Shown piece by piece: positions 17,042-25,178 of a DNA stretch of 31,584 bases. Every line of letters begins with the position of its first letter. Within the stretch, counting starts at the first letter, position 1. Position numbers and translations under genes: made by a program. Under the pieces are notes generated by a model. That model was not told the DNA's origin. It did not search any database and saw nothing but the letters and a program-made list of their open reading frames with translations. Location: the IMG/VR virus record IMGVR_UViG_3300025392_000140, positions 1 to 31,584 of that record, one strand, 5' to 3'. This DNA is from a virus (taxonomy: Duplodnaviria; Caudoviricetes).

Positions 17042-18478
17042 TTAAGGGTTGATAAAGATGATTCCGTTAACGCTCTGAATAGCTCCAGCAAACTTAACAC
17101 CAATTTGAACTAATGGAGCGACTCGGTTTTGACGTTGTGCTTGTAATTGTTGAGATACAGGTTGCGAATAGATGTAATAACCGAAATCAGCAATATTGCG
17201 GATTAAATCCACAGGATTACCAAAGGTTGTTGCAGTCCATTGACCAGGAGCAAGGAATCCATTAGCTACTGCCTGATTAAGAACATTTGTCATAGCTCCT
17301 TTTAATGCAGTCATACCAGATTCTGTTTGTGGAATTTTAGTAGGTGTTTGAGCTAAGAAGTTAAATGTAGTTGTTTGTAATGTATTGAGCAACCAAGTCA
17401 TGTTGAATACATTATCAGCATAACCATTTGCACCAGTTGAAATAGTTTCTGGAATACCTTGAATTGAGGTATAGAAATCAGTTCCAACCACTTGGCATTG
17501 TGCATAAGTTGTAGAATCAATACCGCTATCAGCTACTAAGCTACTACCAGGTTGAATACCTGTTAATTGCTTAAAGTTCATTGTAATTGTCGTGTTACTT
17601 CCATTGAAGTTTGTGGACAATAAACGTGAAGCATAAGCAGCAGCAAATAAACGAGCAGCTTGGGCACTTACTGTATAAAGAAGTGTACGTGTTTGCTGAT
17701 TGCCTGCAGCAAATACTTGATAGCACATACCCTGTGGTGAACCACTAGAATAAAGATCTGATTTATTATTTGTTGGAGCAAATAATAGTGTCTTTGGCGT
17801 TAATGCTTGTACTTCATTAGAAGCAGCTACGATTTCAGAAACGTTAGGATTATATGCACACCAGCAAATACCACCTGTGTAAATTAATTGAGTGATTGCA
17901 AAGATAGCTGTTGAAAGCGTATCAGCACTTGTCATTGGATAAATTACCAACTGACCACCACCAGAAAGAATGTTTGGTGATTGGCTAAATACTTCTTGAG
18001 CCATTGCATAAGTTTCTGAACCTGTACCGAAATCAAGACCTACTTGAATTGGATCAGTATAAACTCTGTAGGTACTACCAATAATAATTGTTGGAACAGT
18101 AGCATAATTAGCACCACCATTAATAACATTAATTCCAGTTACTACACCACTAGAATTTACAACTGCTGTACCAGATGCAGGAGTGATTGTATTTCCTGTG
18201 GTTGGTGTACCACCTACGAAAAATACTGTTGGTATATTTGTATAACCAGAACCACCACTGCTTATTGTAATTGCACTTAATCCTAATGGAATAGCACCAC
18301 CAGAAAGTGAACCAGTTACCGATGCTACTGCACCATGACCAAAACTTGAATATGAAGGACCGGAAGAAGATGGTGATTCTGCCGTAATAATAGCCAACGA
18401 ATTTACGTTGTACGCTGGAACACCTGAGCCAGGTTGTTCAACGGTGAAGTTAACGAAGTTATTAATTGATAGTGACAT
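17042..18478 (-). CDS. Contractile tail sheath protein (DUF3383-like) with inserted domain
   Basis: LSINNFVN start, VGLDFGTGSETY.MA..FSQSP, TITMNFKQLTGI, KIPQTESGM, AVANGFLAPG.W, GYYIYS, RQNRVAP, AGAIQSV. Confidence 0.92.
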   Translation of the reverse strand: MSLSINNFVNFTVEQPGSGVPAYNVNSLAIITAESPSSSGPSYSSFGHGAVASVTGSLSGGAIPLGLSAITISSGGSGYTNIPTVFFVGGTPTTGNTITPASGTAVVNSSGVVTGINVINGGANYATVPTIIIGSTYRVYTDPIQVGLDFGTGSETYAMAQEVFSQSPNILSGGGQLVIYPMTSADTLSTAIFAITQLIYTGGICWCAYNPNVSEIVAASNEVQALTPKTLLFAPTNNKSDLYSSGSPQGMCYQVFAAGNQQTRTLLYTVSAQAARLFAAAYASRLLSTNFNGSNTTITMNFKQLTGIQPGSSLVADSGIDSTTYAQCQVVGTDFYTSIQGIPETISTGANGYADNVFNMTWLLNTLQTTTFNFLAQTPTKIPQTESGMTALKGAMTNVLNQAVANGFLAPGQWTATTFGNPVDLIRNIADFGYYIYSQPVSQQLQAQRQNRVAPLVQIGVKFAGAIQSVNGIIFINP

Positions 18479-18489
18479 GATTTATACGA

Positions 18490-19032
18490 TTAAGGATTTG
18501 TGATTACTTCCGGCCCCAAATATTGATCGTAATAATCAACTGGTACCGTCCGAATGAAGGCTGTTAAAACATTAAAAGTTATAGAATAACGTGTAAGTCT
18601 TGATGCTCCCTCGACATAGGAAGTATCGTTAAAAGAGGTTGGTAAATTGCCGATTGTGAACCCATATTTTTCTTGTAGTTGTTCAGCCCTCGTTGAATTT
18701 AAAGCAAACAATATTTCTTGTCTTCTTGCTCTAGCATCATTGTTCCTAGACATAATTTCTATCGAATATATCTGCTGAACATTTTGAGTTTGAACCTCAT
18801 TTAAAACTACAGTTTCTGGTTCACCTACGACAGTAGAAGGTATATAACCGTTTTGATAAGATATACTATGACCGTAGATTTTATCTCCCAATAATCCTAC
18901 AGCTACAAATATAGTATCATCTGGAGGTATAGGTATACGTTGATTATATGTAACTACATGATTGTTATCAAGTTGCAGTTGATCACGTATCAGTTTTACC
19001 AATAAATTAATTATTTCAGGTTTCGGTTGCAC
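18490..19032 (-). CDS. Tail terminator / neck protein
   Basis: Position just before the sheath. Likely start GTG 19032, preceded by GGAGG. ALNS..AEQLQEKYGF.I pattern. Confidence 0.65.
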   Translation of the reverse strand: MQPKPEIINLLVKLIRDQLQLDNNHVVTYNQRIPIPPDDTIFVAVGLLGDKIYGHSISYQNGYIPSTVVGEPETVVLNEVQTQNVQQIYSIEIMSRNNDARARRQEILFALNSTRAEQLQEKYGFTIGNLPTSFNDTSYVEGASRLTRYSITFNVLTAFIRTVPVDYYDQYLGPEVITNP

Positions 19033-19444
19033 TATTGTAGTCCTCCACCAGTCGATATTTAAAATAACCAAATCGTGACCAATTCCATTTATGTACTACA
19101 CGATAAATGACATTATCAATGACTACTTGGTCATTAGGTGTCATTTGCGGATCTGTTACACAATAAAGGTTTGAATGTCTCCACGCACGTTCACCTTCAA
19201 ATTTGAAATTAAGTTTTTGACCTACTGAAGCAGTAAGAAAACCCTGTGTTTTAAATTGATAAGATACTGTTACTGCATCGCCATCTTGTACTCTTACACG
19301 ATTGATAAGCATTGTTAATGGTTGTGACCATCCGCTTACTGTATAACGACCTTGAGGCGCAGTATTAGTATGAGTTAAATTGATTTTTCCTGCTCCTACA
19401 ATAGGGCCAGGATTTGTTGGAAATGTTTGTGTAGGTGTAATCAT
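19016..19444 (-). CDS. Head closure / head-tail joining protein
   Basis: 142 aa, beta-rich, EGERAW...DQVVIDNVIYRV...WSRFGYFKY pattern. Neck-module position. Confidence 0.65.
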   Translation of the reverse strand: MITPTQTFPTNPGPIVGAGKINLTHTNTAPQGRYTVSGWSQPLTMLINRVRVQDGDAVTVSYQFKTQGFLTASVGQKLNFKFEGERAWRHSNLYCVTDPQMTPNDQVVIDNVIYRVVHKWNWSRFGYFKYRLVEDYNSATET

Positions 19445-19935
19445 TTAACCACCTCATAACCAAATGAAGACTCTAATTGTTTAGAATCTATTAATATTAA
19501 TCTAGAAGGACGATTATATCTTTTTCTATTAGCTATAGTAGCTTCTGATAATTCTACCCAGCCTGTTGGTATACCTTGAGATTTAAAATTATCATCTACT
19601 AATTTTACTGCCGTTTGACCTACTACTTCCAACATTCCATAAATGCCAGATGTGACAAAACTATCTTTCCACGTCGTTTCAGATACATTGTTTAATCTTG
19701 ATCCCATGAGTGTCATCATAGGTTTTCTTAAGATTGAACGCATTGGTACACCTATTCCAAATTCATGCTTATAAGCTATCTGTGAATTAGTTAATTTCCT
19801 GTCTTTAGGATATACAGGTGTACGATTATTGCTTTCAGCCATTACTCCAACTTTAACGGCTAATTTACTTTTAGCTTTTAAAGCCTTGGTAAGACCTTTA
19901 AGCTCTTCGGTGTTTAATGTAACCGTAGTTTGCAT
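19441..19935 (-). CDS. Virion morphogenesis / tail completion protein (Mu gpG / P2 gpS-like)
   Basis: VKVGV...IAYKHEFG..VPMRSILR and WVELSEATI...LIDSKQLESSFGYEV motifs. Confidence 0.75.
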   Translation of the reverse strand: MQTTVTLNTEELKGLTKALKAKSKLAVKVGVMAESNNRTPVYPKDRKLTNSQIAYKHEFGIGVPMRSILRKPMMTLMGSRLNNVSETTWKDSFVTSGIYGMLEVVGQTAVKLVDDNFKSQGIPTGWVELSEATIANRKRYNRPSRLILIDSKQLESSFGYEVVK

Positions 19936-19943
19936 GATAATTA

Positions 19944-20636
19944 CTACGGTAGCGTTTCTCTAAAAGCTACAAATACGTTGGCAATTAATTGAGGACTGAT
20001 TATCTGTAGATACATTGCACCATATCTAGTTTTACTAAAATGTGAGAGCATTGGGTCCTGAGCTATCCGTTCTGGGATTTGAAATCCTTCAGTTACGGAG
20101 TCGATGCTTTTGGATACAGTCAGCCAACTATATTGACTGCCCATGCCCTCCTGAGCAGCCAAGAGCTTTTCCACTAGCTGGTGCGCTGCTAGATATAGGA
20201 AAGCCCGACTAAAGAACTGCTGTGTCGGAAATAGAGCTTGGTTAATATTAAACTGAGCATCAAAAATTGCTCCGCTAATATCATTGTCTGTTACTTTGCT
20301 TAAATCAGATGGATCTCCAGCACCACCAGTAATAGTGATAATTGGAGGTTGTCCATAATTAGATCCACCATTTGTAACGGTAAATCCAGTTACCTGACCG
20401 CCTGCAATACTTGCAGTAGCAGTTGCGCCTGTGCCAAGATCTCCTGGAGCAGCTCCCACAATGACTGTAGGTACGGTGGCGTAACCGAACCCACCTGCTC
20501 CAAGAGAAATTGACGTTACGACTCCAGAGATGTTAATTGAAGCAATGCCAGAAGCTCCATACGCAGGAACTGCATAAGGAAAGTCGCGGGAGAATTGCGA
20601 TTTAAAATCACTAACAGTTGGAATCGTGAATGGCAC
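19944..20636 (-). CDS. Head-tail adaptor (DUF4054-like) with inserted domain
   Basis: TVSDFKSQFSRDFP start, AFLYLAAHQL, SKSIDSVT and KTRYGAMYL motifs. GTG start. Confidence 0.8.
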   Translation of the reverse strand: MPFTIPTVSDFKSQFSRDFPYAVPAYGASGIASINISGVVTSISLGAGGFGYATVPTVIVGAAPGDLGTGATATASIAGGQVTGFTVTNGGSNYGQPPIITITGGAGDPSDLSKVTDNDISGAIFDAQFNINQALFPTQQFFSRAFLYLAAHQLVEKLLAAQEGMGSQYSWLTVSKSIDSVTEGFQIPERIAQDPMLSHFSKTRYGAMYLQIISPQLIANVFVAFRETLP

Positions 20637-20638
20637 AA

Positions 20639-21007
20639 TTAAGCAGCCTTATTTTTTGAAATAGCTTTCGGCATATTCTTAAGCATTGCCTCTAGATTTT
20701 TGACTCTATCAGCAAGCTCTTGATTTTCCTTTGAAAGCTCTTCTACTTTTGCTTTTTGTTCCTCTGCCTTAGCATTATTAGCAGCAGCGTCTGAACCAAC
20801 GTCTGATGCTAAAGCAATGTGTTGAGGAAACATTTTAATCCACTTGTCCGCTAACCATTTAGGGACCGACGCAAAGTCGGTGCCCTTTATGGTATATGAA
20901 CCGTGGGTGTAAGAACCAAATGAAGATTTGTTCTTGTTGTAAATGCGCACGAGACCTTCGTCCGGCACGGAAGCGACGGTGGGAGTCGCATTGGCTTCAG
21001 TTATCAT
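20639..21007 (-). CDS. Hypothetical head-associated protein with C-terminal coiled coil
   Basis: 122-aa ORF directly after the major capsid gene. Confidence 0.6.
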   Translation of the reverse strand: MITEANATPTVASVPDEGLVRIYNKNKSSFGSYTHGSYTIKGTDFASVPKWLADKWIKMFPQHIALASDVGSDAAANNAKAEEQKAKVEELSKENQELADRVKNLEAMLKNMPKAISKNKAA

Positions 21008-21042
21008 AGTATTGTTTGTTTAGGTTTAATCCTAGCTTCCAA

Positions 21043-22188
21043 TTAGTATTGGAAGCGTAAGACTTCGAGATTACGATAAACGATCGTACCTGTGTACTGA
21101 CCATAACCTACGTCAGCAAACGAGAAGTTGTTCAGCGAGTTTGGTTGTGTGGTTGTATATGGTACTGGAATATCCATACGTACTGATTCTGCATCATCAC
21201 GATATAGCATATAGTAGTGGAGTCCTGCTGGATTATTAGCAGCATCGCAATAAGCGAGTGGCATAATCTTGAACTCTTTTTCCATAGGAGCTACTGCACG
21301 AGTAAATGCTTCCTCTAAGTACTGGATTATTGGAACTGGATATGTACCAACTGTACCAGGAGTTAAAGCAGGAAGACCTGTCCAATCAGCATAAGGAATG
21401 ACCAAACGATTTGGCATTGCTGTGCTGTTCGTGTTAGCGAAGTAAGTTTGGATTAATGTCGTTACAAACGTCTGTAAACCAGCAGCGTTTAAGCTACTAA
21501 TTGGAGCAGTAATTAAACTGGTGTTTGTATTGATGCTTGTGTTCGTGAGTAAACCAGGAATACGTGTATCTGTAGCATCACCTAAGAAAGCGATCTTTTG
21601 GATACCTAAGTCCCAGTTCTTTTTACGAGCGCGGTGTTTGCGTTCAATAATATCCCAGTTGTTAGCACGTAGTGCTTGTTCAACATCGAAGATGGAGTAT
21701 TGGATGCCCTTTGCCCAGTTTTGGACATAAGCACTTACGCCATCAACTGCAACGTCAGCAGAAGCTAAACGAGCATCAGAAGAACCTGTACGTAAGTTAC
21801 CAGATGAGAAATCATCAGCTAATTCGTATGTACGGTTTGTTAAGATGTCTGCGCTGAAAGCACCATCGCCAACGACGACTGGAATATAATCAGCAGGAGC
21901 AACTGTGTAGAACTTCTGTTCTGTTAGCTGCTTCTTGATGTATGTTAAAGTGTCGATTACGATCTGGTAACCAGTTGCGGTATCTGCCGTATCACCAACT
22001 GCGTTTAGACGTGCGTCTAATGCGCCAGAATTATGATCGCCATCAACAAAGATGGAAAGACCACTGGTTTTACGAGAACTGAGAAACTGTGGTTCACAGA
22101 CTTCGTTGTTACGGACGATCTCTCCAGCTTTTAGTTCTGAAGGATCCTGTAGAGTACGGCCTGTGCCGCGATAGAAAACACTGTTCAT
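21043..22188 (-). CDS. Major capsid protein (HK97 fold, DUF2184-like)
   Basis: 381 aa. WAKGIQYSIFDVEQA, IQKIAFLGD...GLLTN, PNRLVIP and terminal GTIVYR. Follows the decoration gene. Confidence 0.9.
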   Translation of the reverse strand: MNSVFYRGTGRTLQDPSELKAGEIVRNNEVCEPQFLSSRKTSGLSIFVDGDHNSGALDARLNAVGDTADTATGYQIVIDTLTYIKKQLTEQKFYTVAPADYIPVVVGDGAFSADILTNRTYELADDFSSGNLRTGSSDARLASADVAVDGVSAYVQNWAKGIQYSIFDVEQALRANNWDIIERKHRARKKNWDLGIQKIAFLGDATDTRIPGLLTNTSINTNTSLITAPISSLNAAGLQTFVTTLIQTYFANTNSTAMPNRLVIPYADWTGLPALTPGTVGTYPVPIIQYLEEAFTRAVAPMEKEFKIMPLAYCDAANNPAGLHYYMLYRDDAESVRMDIPVPYTTTQPNSLNNFSFADVGYGQYTGTIVYRNLEVLRFQY

Positions 22189-22217
22189 GGTAATTTTTCC
22201 TTAGTTAAGATTTAAGA

Positions 22218-22733
22218 TTAGGGAGCGATAGTTACTAGACCAGTTGTGCTGTTGGAACCCACATCGATCTTAACTTTGATTAACTGGTTAGCACCGCTTA
22301 CTTGAGTAAGAGCATAACCAATCGTGTAATCACCAGCAGTTGCATCTGAAGCAACTGTAGCATCGTTAGTTGATGTAGTTGGGTTAGTAACTGAAACACG
22401 ATTACCACGATTGATCGCAGCAGAAGATTTCAGATAAATGATGTTAGAAGTTGAAGCGACTTCGACACGATCAGAAGCTTTGTATGTGTTCTGACGTACG
22501 TTGTATGCGATGACTCCGTAAACTGGGCCATCGGAAGGACCAGAAGTAACGTCAACGACGATTTCTGGACCTGCATTAGCAATCAACTTTACTGCACAGC
22601 CTGCTTGGATGTATGAAGCAGTTGTGTTTGGGTTGATTTGACAAGTTTCGGTATCGACGTTCGGCTGGAAAGCAACCTGACCGATAACCGGAGCTTGTGT
22701 GAACTGGTTTTGATTGAGCGAGTATTGGCTCAT
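22218..22733 (-). CDS. Capsid decoration/cement protein
   Basis: 171-aa beta-rich protein between scaffold and MCP. AAINRGNRV...IGYAL..VSGANQLIKV pattern. Confidence 0.7.
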   Translation of the reverse strand: MSQYSLNQNQFTQAPVIGQVAFQPNVDTETCQINPNTTASYIQAGCAVKLIANAGPEIVVDVTSGPSDGPVYGVIAYNVRQNTYKASDRVEVASTSNIIYLKSSAAINRGNRVSVTNPTTSTNDATVASDATAGDYTIGYALTQVSGANQLIKVKIDVGSNSTTGLVTIAP

Positions 22734-22760
22734 GGTATTTTTATTATTTTATTGTTGTTA

Positions 22761-23984
22761 TCAGTTCTTGGCTGAGTTTGAACCGAATAGGTTCTTACCA
22801 CGCGCAAGCCGGTCGTTGATCGAGCCGGAACTATTCAAACGAGACACAGAGTCGAAGCTCTTCTTGAGTTGAGCTTCTGCAAGTGATTTGAAGGAAGCAT
22901 TGTTGCGTTCCTTAACTGCAGCAGCGTTTGCACGCTCTGCCTCTTCTTTAGCAGTTTTTTCTTTTAGTTCTGCTTCTATTACTGCGTTGTCACGCACATC
23001 AGCTTTATCTTCAGCTACTTTTTCAGCTTCTGAAGTTGCTGGTACTTTTGCCTCTTCTTTTGTAGGCATTTCTGAGTTAGCACGAGGATGGTGCATACCA
23101 GCAATAGGGTTATGACCTTTTGTACCTTCATCATATCCTGGGACATGACCCATGTGTGTTGCTGATGCTACTGGAGTAGCGTGAACTGTATGACCATGAT
23201 GTGTTTTATAAGCGTGGATCAAATGACCTACGTTATAACGGATACCTTCATGCTCGATATGGTCATCGTGATGAACGGAATGACACATATTATCACGGGC
23301 TACTTCTACCATTTCTTGTAGCGTTGCTGATTTCCCGTCACCGATGTCGATACGAGAAGAAGGAGCAAGTTCACTCACCTGCTCCGCTTTGCTACCTAAA
23401 GAGGCAGCTGATTTGAACCATTTAAACATAATATTGTTTTGTTTAGTGTTTAACCTTATTTCCGCATCTTCGAACCGAGGACGTTGATCCGGCGGAACAA
23501 TAGCGAGATGATGAAATTTAAAACGCTTGATTTCCCTACCATAGGGAATGTTGTGCCAAGTACCACCTGGCCCAAAGTCTTTGGTGTTTAGTTTTGTACC
23601 TACGCTAACGCCCTTGTGCTTTCTAATCATTTCACGGGCTTGCTCAGTATCAATAGAACCTTCGCACACAAACCAACCTTTATCGGCATCGTATTCTGCG
23701 TGGTCTACATAACCATGTGCTACATCACTAAATTCATTAATAGTGGTAGGAATATGGTTAATTGTGAGGGGGCAACCAATTAAGGTATCAAGTGCCTCAT
23801 CAATAGCTTCCTTCTTAATTAACTCTACATCGCCACCTTTTACGTCCCTGTAATTAACAAGGCCGGGTTCCATAAAGTAGCATTTGAAACGCTTACCAGA
23901 TGAAACCAAATTTACACGTTCACTCCAGATGAGAGCATCATCTTGTGACGTGGTGTTAGACTCGATAGATTCAGTTAGTTGCAA
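22761..23984 (-). CDS. Prohead protease (DUF2213-like) fused to scaffold
   Basis: PGLVNY, GCPLTINH, GVSVG, GGTWHNIPY..EI...FHHLAIV...PR in the N-terminal half and a charged helical C-terminal half. The TTG start is uncertain. Confidence 0.85.
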   Translation of the reverse strand: MQLTESIESNTTSQDDALIWSERVNLVSSGKRFKCYFMEPGLVNYRDVKGGDVELIKKEAIDEALDTLIGCPLTINHIPTTINEFSDVAHGYVDHAEYDADKGWFVCEGSIDTEQAREMIRKHKGVSVGTKLNTKDFGPGGTWHNIPYGREIKRFKFHHLAIVPPDQRPRFEDAEIRLNTKQNNIMFKWFKSAASLGSKAEQVSELAPSSRIDIGDGKSATLQEMVEVARDNMCHSVHHDDHIEHEGIRYNVGHLIHAYKTHHGHTVHATPVASATHMGHVPGYDEGTKGHNPIAGMHHPRANSEMPTKEEAKVPATSEAEKVAEDKADVRDNAVIEAELKEKTAKEEAERANAAAVKERNNASFKSLAEAQLKKSFDSVSRLNSSGSINDRLARGKNLFGSNSAKN

Positions 23985-24177
23985 CCATAGAAGGAAGGGC
24001 TGGATCGCAGTCGCTAATTAGGGCGAGTTGGGATTGTAGCCGATTCAATGTTTGTTTGCGTCCTTTTATGCTAGAGTCAAGCCTTGCACGCTTTCTTTCT
24101 GCACGTTGTATATCATCTAAAAGAGCTTTATAACGGGCTTTTAGCTGAGTTGGACTTAAAGTTTCTTCAGATTTCAT
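23971..24177 (-). CDS. Small coiled-coil hypothetical protein
   Basis: 68 aa, ATGA overlap with the upstream stop, heptad-like basic helix. Confidence 0.55.
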   Translation of the reverse strand: MKSEETLSPTQLKARYKALLDDIQRAERKRARLDSSIKGRKQTLNRLQSQLALISDCDPALPSMVATN

Positions 24178-25178
24178 GCTGCGTTTAGCGTCTTATTTAG
24201 AGCGACAAGTATCCTAGCAGCACATCTGCAATTATAGTCTTCACCTGGGTGTCCACGTCTGCCTGTTTCTCTATCAACTATGGGTGGATTATCCCAAGAA
24301 AATTGACGTTTTTCTAATAATCTATGGTCGTGACGTACCCTATTATCTAAAACGGTATGCCAAATATAGCCTGGGGAACCTAAAGCATCTGCTTGTTCCT
24401 GTACGTAATTAGCAATTAGTAGATTTGTTTCCTGTATAGCCATAGTGTTAGCCATACGATTAGCCTTACCATTATGGGCTTTAATTATACCCTCTAGCTT
24501 GTCCAGCCTGCCTTCATTCATGTTATTTTCTACTGCTTTATGTAGGCTTTCAACATGGTCTAAGGTGTAGTTTTTAAGTTTATCTTCTAAATTTTGATGA
24601 AGCTTATCTGTTACTTTAATACGTATATCTTGTCGTACGTGTTCGCTAAATTCAGTCTCTTCAGTTATTTCTAAATTTTTTAAATCTTTAACAATAGCTT
24701 GGTGTGTAATACCAACTATACTTTCAACTGGTTTATCAAACAAAAGTCCTAGTTCTTTGACTTCTTTGAGGTTGGTGAAGATAAACCCAAGTAACGCAAG
24801 AAGCTTTTTATGCGTTTCTTTACTTTTTTGTTTTGATTCAGATATTTTACCACGAAGTTCATATGGTATATCTCCTTGTTTGATAGCATATCCATTTAGA
24901 ACTTTATTATATTTAGCTCCAATGGATTGCATCTCTTTGCTTATCTTGGAATTAAATTTTCCGTAGAAAACTGTTCCATTGTAATGTATTACACCAGACT
25001 CTAAAGCTTCAGTAATAGCTGAATACGAAATACCAATATAATTTTGTCTAGAAACTTCTGATTCTAGCAAATCGTAAATAGGCTGATATACCACATCAAT
25101 GAACCAATGACGTAGTTCTCTTTCTATTGGAATAGCATCGCTATCCCGTGGTATTATCGGTTGTAGGGCTATCTGCAT
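24174..25178 (-). CDS. Minor head / head morphogenesis protein (Mu gpF / SPP1 gp7 family)
   Basis: YIWHTVLDNRVRHDHRLLE..QFSWDNPP...HPGEDYNCRC motif. ATG at 25178 overlaps the portal TGA. Confidence 0.92.
   Translation of the reverse strand: MQIALQPIIPRDSDAIPIERELRHWFIDVVYQPIYDLLESEVSRQNYIGISYSAITEALESGVIHYNGTVFYGKFNSKISKEMQSIGAKYNKVLNGYAIKQGDIPYELRGKISESKQKSKETHKKLLALLGFIFTNLKEVKELGLLFDKPVESIVGITHQAIVKDLKNLEITEETEFSEHVRQDIRIKVTDKLHQNLEDKLKNYTLDHVESLHKAVENNMNEGRLDKLEGIIKAHNGKANRMANTMAIQETNLLIANYVQEQADALGSPGYIWHTVLDNRVRHDHRLLEKRQFSWDNPPIVDRETGRRGHPGEDYNCRCAARILVALNKTLNAA

Noticed and set aside
9553-18478. Extracellular contractile injection system or tailocin
   Set aside because: Terminase, portal, protease and capsid genes are all present, so this is a phage virion module.
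21008-21042. Intrinsic terminator after the major capsid gene
   Set aside because: Only a weak 4-bp TAGG/CCTA stem is present and there is no U-tract.
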